From Cenococcum geophilum (Eukaryota), in contig CP158636.1 in NCBI GenBank assembly GCA_050273025.1, forward strand, positions 434,001-498,000: 64,000 nucleotides of DNA, read 5' to 3'. Shown piece after piece: positions 62,801 to 64,000 of the stretch. A program made the translations under genes and the position numbers. Under the pieces are notes generated by a model. The model saw only the letters and a program-made list of their open reading frames with translations, was not told the DNA's origin and did no database searches. Position 1 is the first letter of the stretch. Each line of letters opens with the position of its first letter.

Positions 62801-64000
62801 TATCTATTTTTATAACTATCTCTAGTCTTAGTTAATAGATCTTAAGAACTGGCTCCTAGGTAAATAATCTTTTAACTTCTTTAAATAATTCTTATTACTC
62901 TTTTCTCTATACCTATAATTTTTCTTTCTTTATTAATTACGTAAATAGCTTAATATTCTTTAACTATTACGCTATAAACCTTCTGCAGTAATTATAAAAC
63001 CCTAAAAATAATTTTAACTATATAATATTCTCTAGTGCTTACCAATTTACTATAGCCTTAATATTTTTTAAATCTATATTAAGTTAGCTTAGTTTAATAA
63101 TAAATCTAATAAAATTAGTCTTCCTAGTAAAGAACTTGTATTTCTTAATTACTACTAGCATCTATTCTTTTTGTAGTCTCTTTAAGACCTATTTAATATA
63201 TTCCCTATATTTTTCCTTAGTTATTAAGTAGATAATAATATTGTTAAGATATACTATAATAAATTTATCTAAGTGTTCTCCTAATATATTATTAATATGC
63301 TTTTAGAACGTTGCTAGTGCGTTTATAAGCCCGAATTATATAACTAATAGTTTATATAGTCCTTCCTTTAACCTAAAGGCTGCCTTCTATTTATTACCTT
63401 CCTTAATTCTAATCTAATAGTACGCTTATCTTAAATCTATCTTTATAAAGATTTGCGCATTACCTATTCTGTCTTAGATTTCGCTAATTAAGGGTAAAGA
63501 ATATTTATCCTTTTTAGTAATGCTGTTTAACTATCTATAGTTAATATATAGCCTTAGTTTACTATTTTTTTTAGTATAAATAGTACTAGATAACCTACTA
63601 ATAACTATAATAGTCTAATATATCCCTTTTATAGATTTTTCTAGATAAACTTTTTTAATGCTCTACCTTCCTCTTTAGTAAGCTTATAGATTAAAAAGAA
63701 CCTTAGATTTATTTCTAGTTTTAATTCTATTTTATAGTTCTATACTATATACTTTAATAGCTTTTTACTTTCTAGTAACTATAGTTTCTTATTATACTTA
63801 TAGTATCTCTTTAGTATATAACTTAAGCCTTACTTAGTCTTTTTATATATCGCTCTAACTTAGTACTATACTAACTTAGTTTATTATTATATTTTACGGC
63901 GTTAAGTATCTCTAATATTAACCTAACTCGTAATCTAATTAATTCTTAAATTATATTCCTATAACTAAGGTATTTCTAGTACTGCCTTATTATTCCCTAA
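59809..64000 (-). mobile_element. G5: chromovirus copy in reverse orientation (3' LTR 59809-60231, ORF3, pol), running off the window
   Basis: Reverse complement of G1 from ~18230 to 22429; PPT complement ctccctcct at ~60236. Confidence 0.95.
60340..60991 (+). pseudogene. G5 antisense ORF3: two-exon gene (60340-60568, 60624-60991), ~198 aa, Zn2Cys6-like cluster + coiled coil
   Basis: Cys/RIP-Tyr codons at 60430, 60439, 60460, 60502, 60511 and 60538; putative 55-nt intron; exon 2 stays in frame to TAG at 60989. Confidence 0.68.

Noticed and set aside
59809..64000. Inverted duplication or hairpin of G4
   Set aside because: It starts at a precise LTR terminus (TGTAAC) interrupting G4 integrase, so it is an independent reverse insertion.
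1..64000. Assignment to a named species or named TE families
   Set aside because: The architecture fits RIP-active ascomycetes generally; I cannot verify identity without a database search.

Overview
This 64-kb window has no intact host gene, RNA gene or CRISPR array. It is an AT-rich nest of LTR retrotransposons heavily mutated by repeat-induced point mutation (RIP; pervasive CA->TA and TG->TA changes, stop-riddled ORFs), typical of filamentous ascomycete heterochromatin. LTR pairs and target-site duplications (TSDs) resolve these elements: (A) a classic Copia 3' half; (B) a 6.55-kb pol-less element with a Gypsy-like gag; four GalEa-type Copia copies (C0, C1, C2, D); (E) a 3.5-kb gag-only GalEa derivative; five copies of an ~8-kb Ty3/Gypsy chromovirus (G1-G5); one solo LTR; and ~1.4 kb of unidentified background. 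The most interesting signals are: (1) an antisense, apparently intron-containing gene between the chromodomain and 3' LTR of the chromovirus, encoding a Zn(II)2Cys6-like cluster plus coiled coil; (2) long palindromes with a 1-nt spacer and adjacent CCAAT boxes, shared between unrelated element families; (3) an ~1000-aa Gag with three extra C-x4-C-x2-H motifs; (4) two independent gag-only elements. All peptides are manual de-RIP reconstructions. Element and TSD coordinates were read directly; internal ORF limits are approximate.
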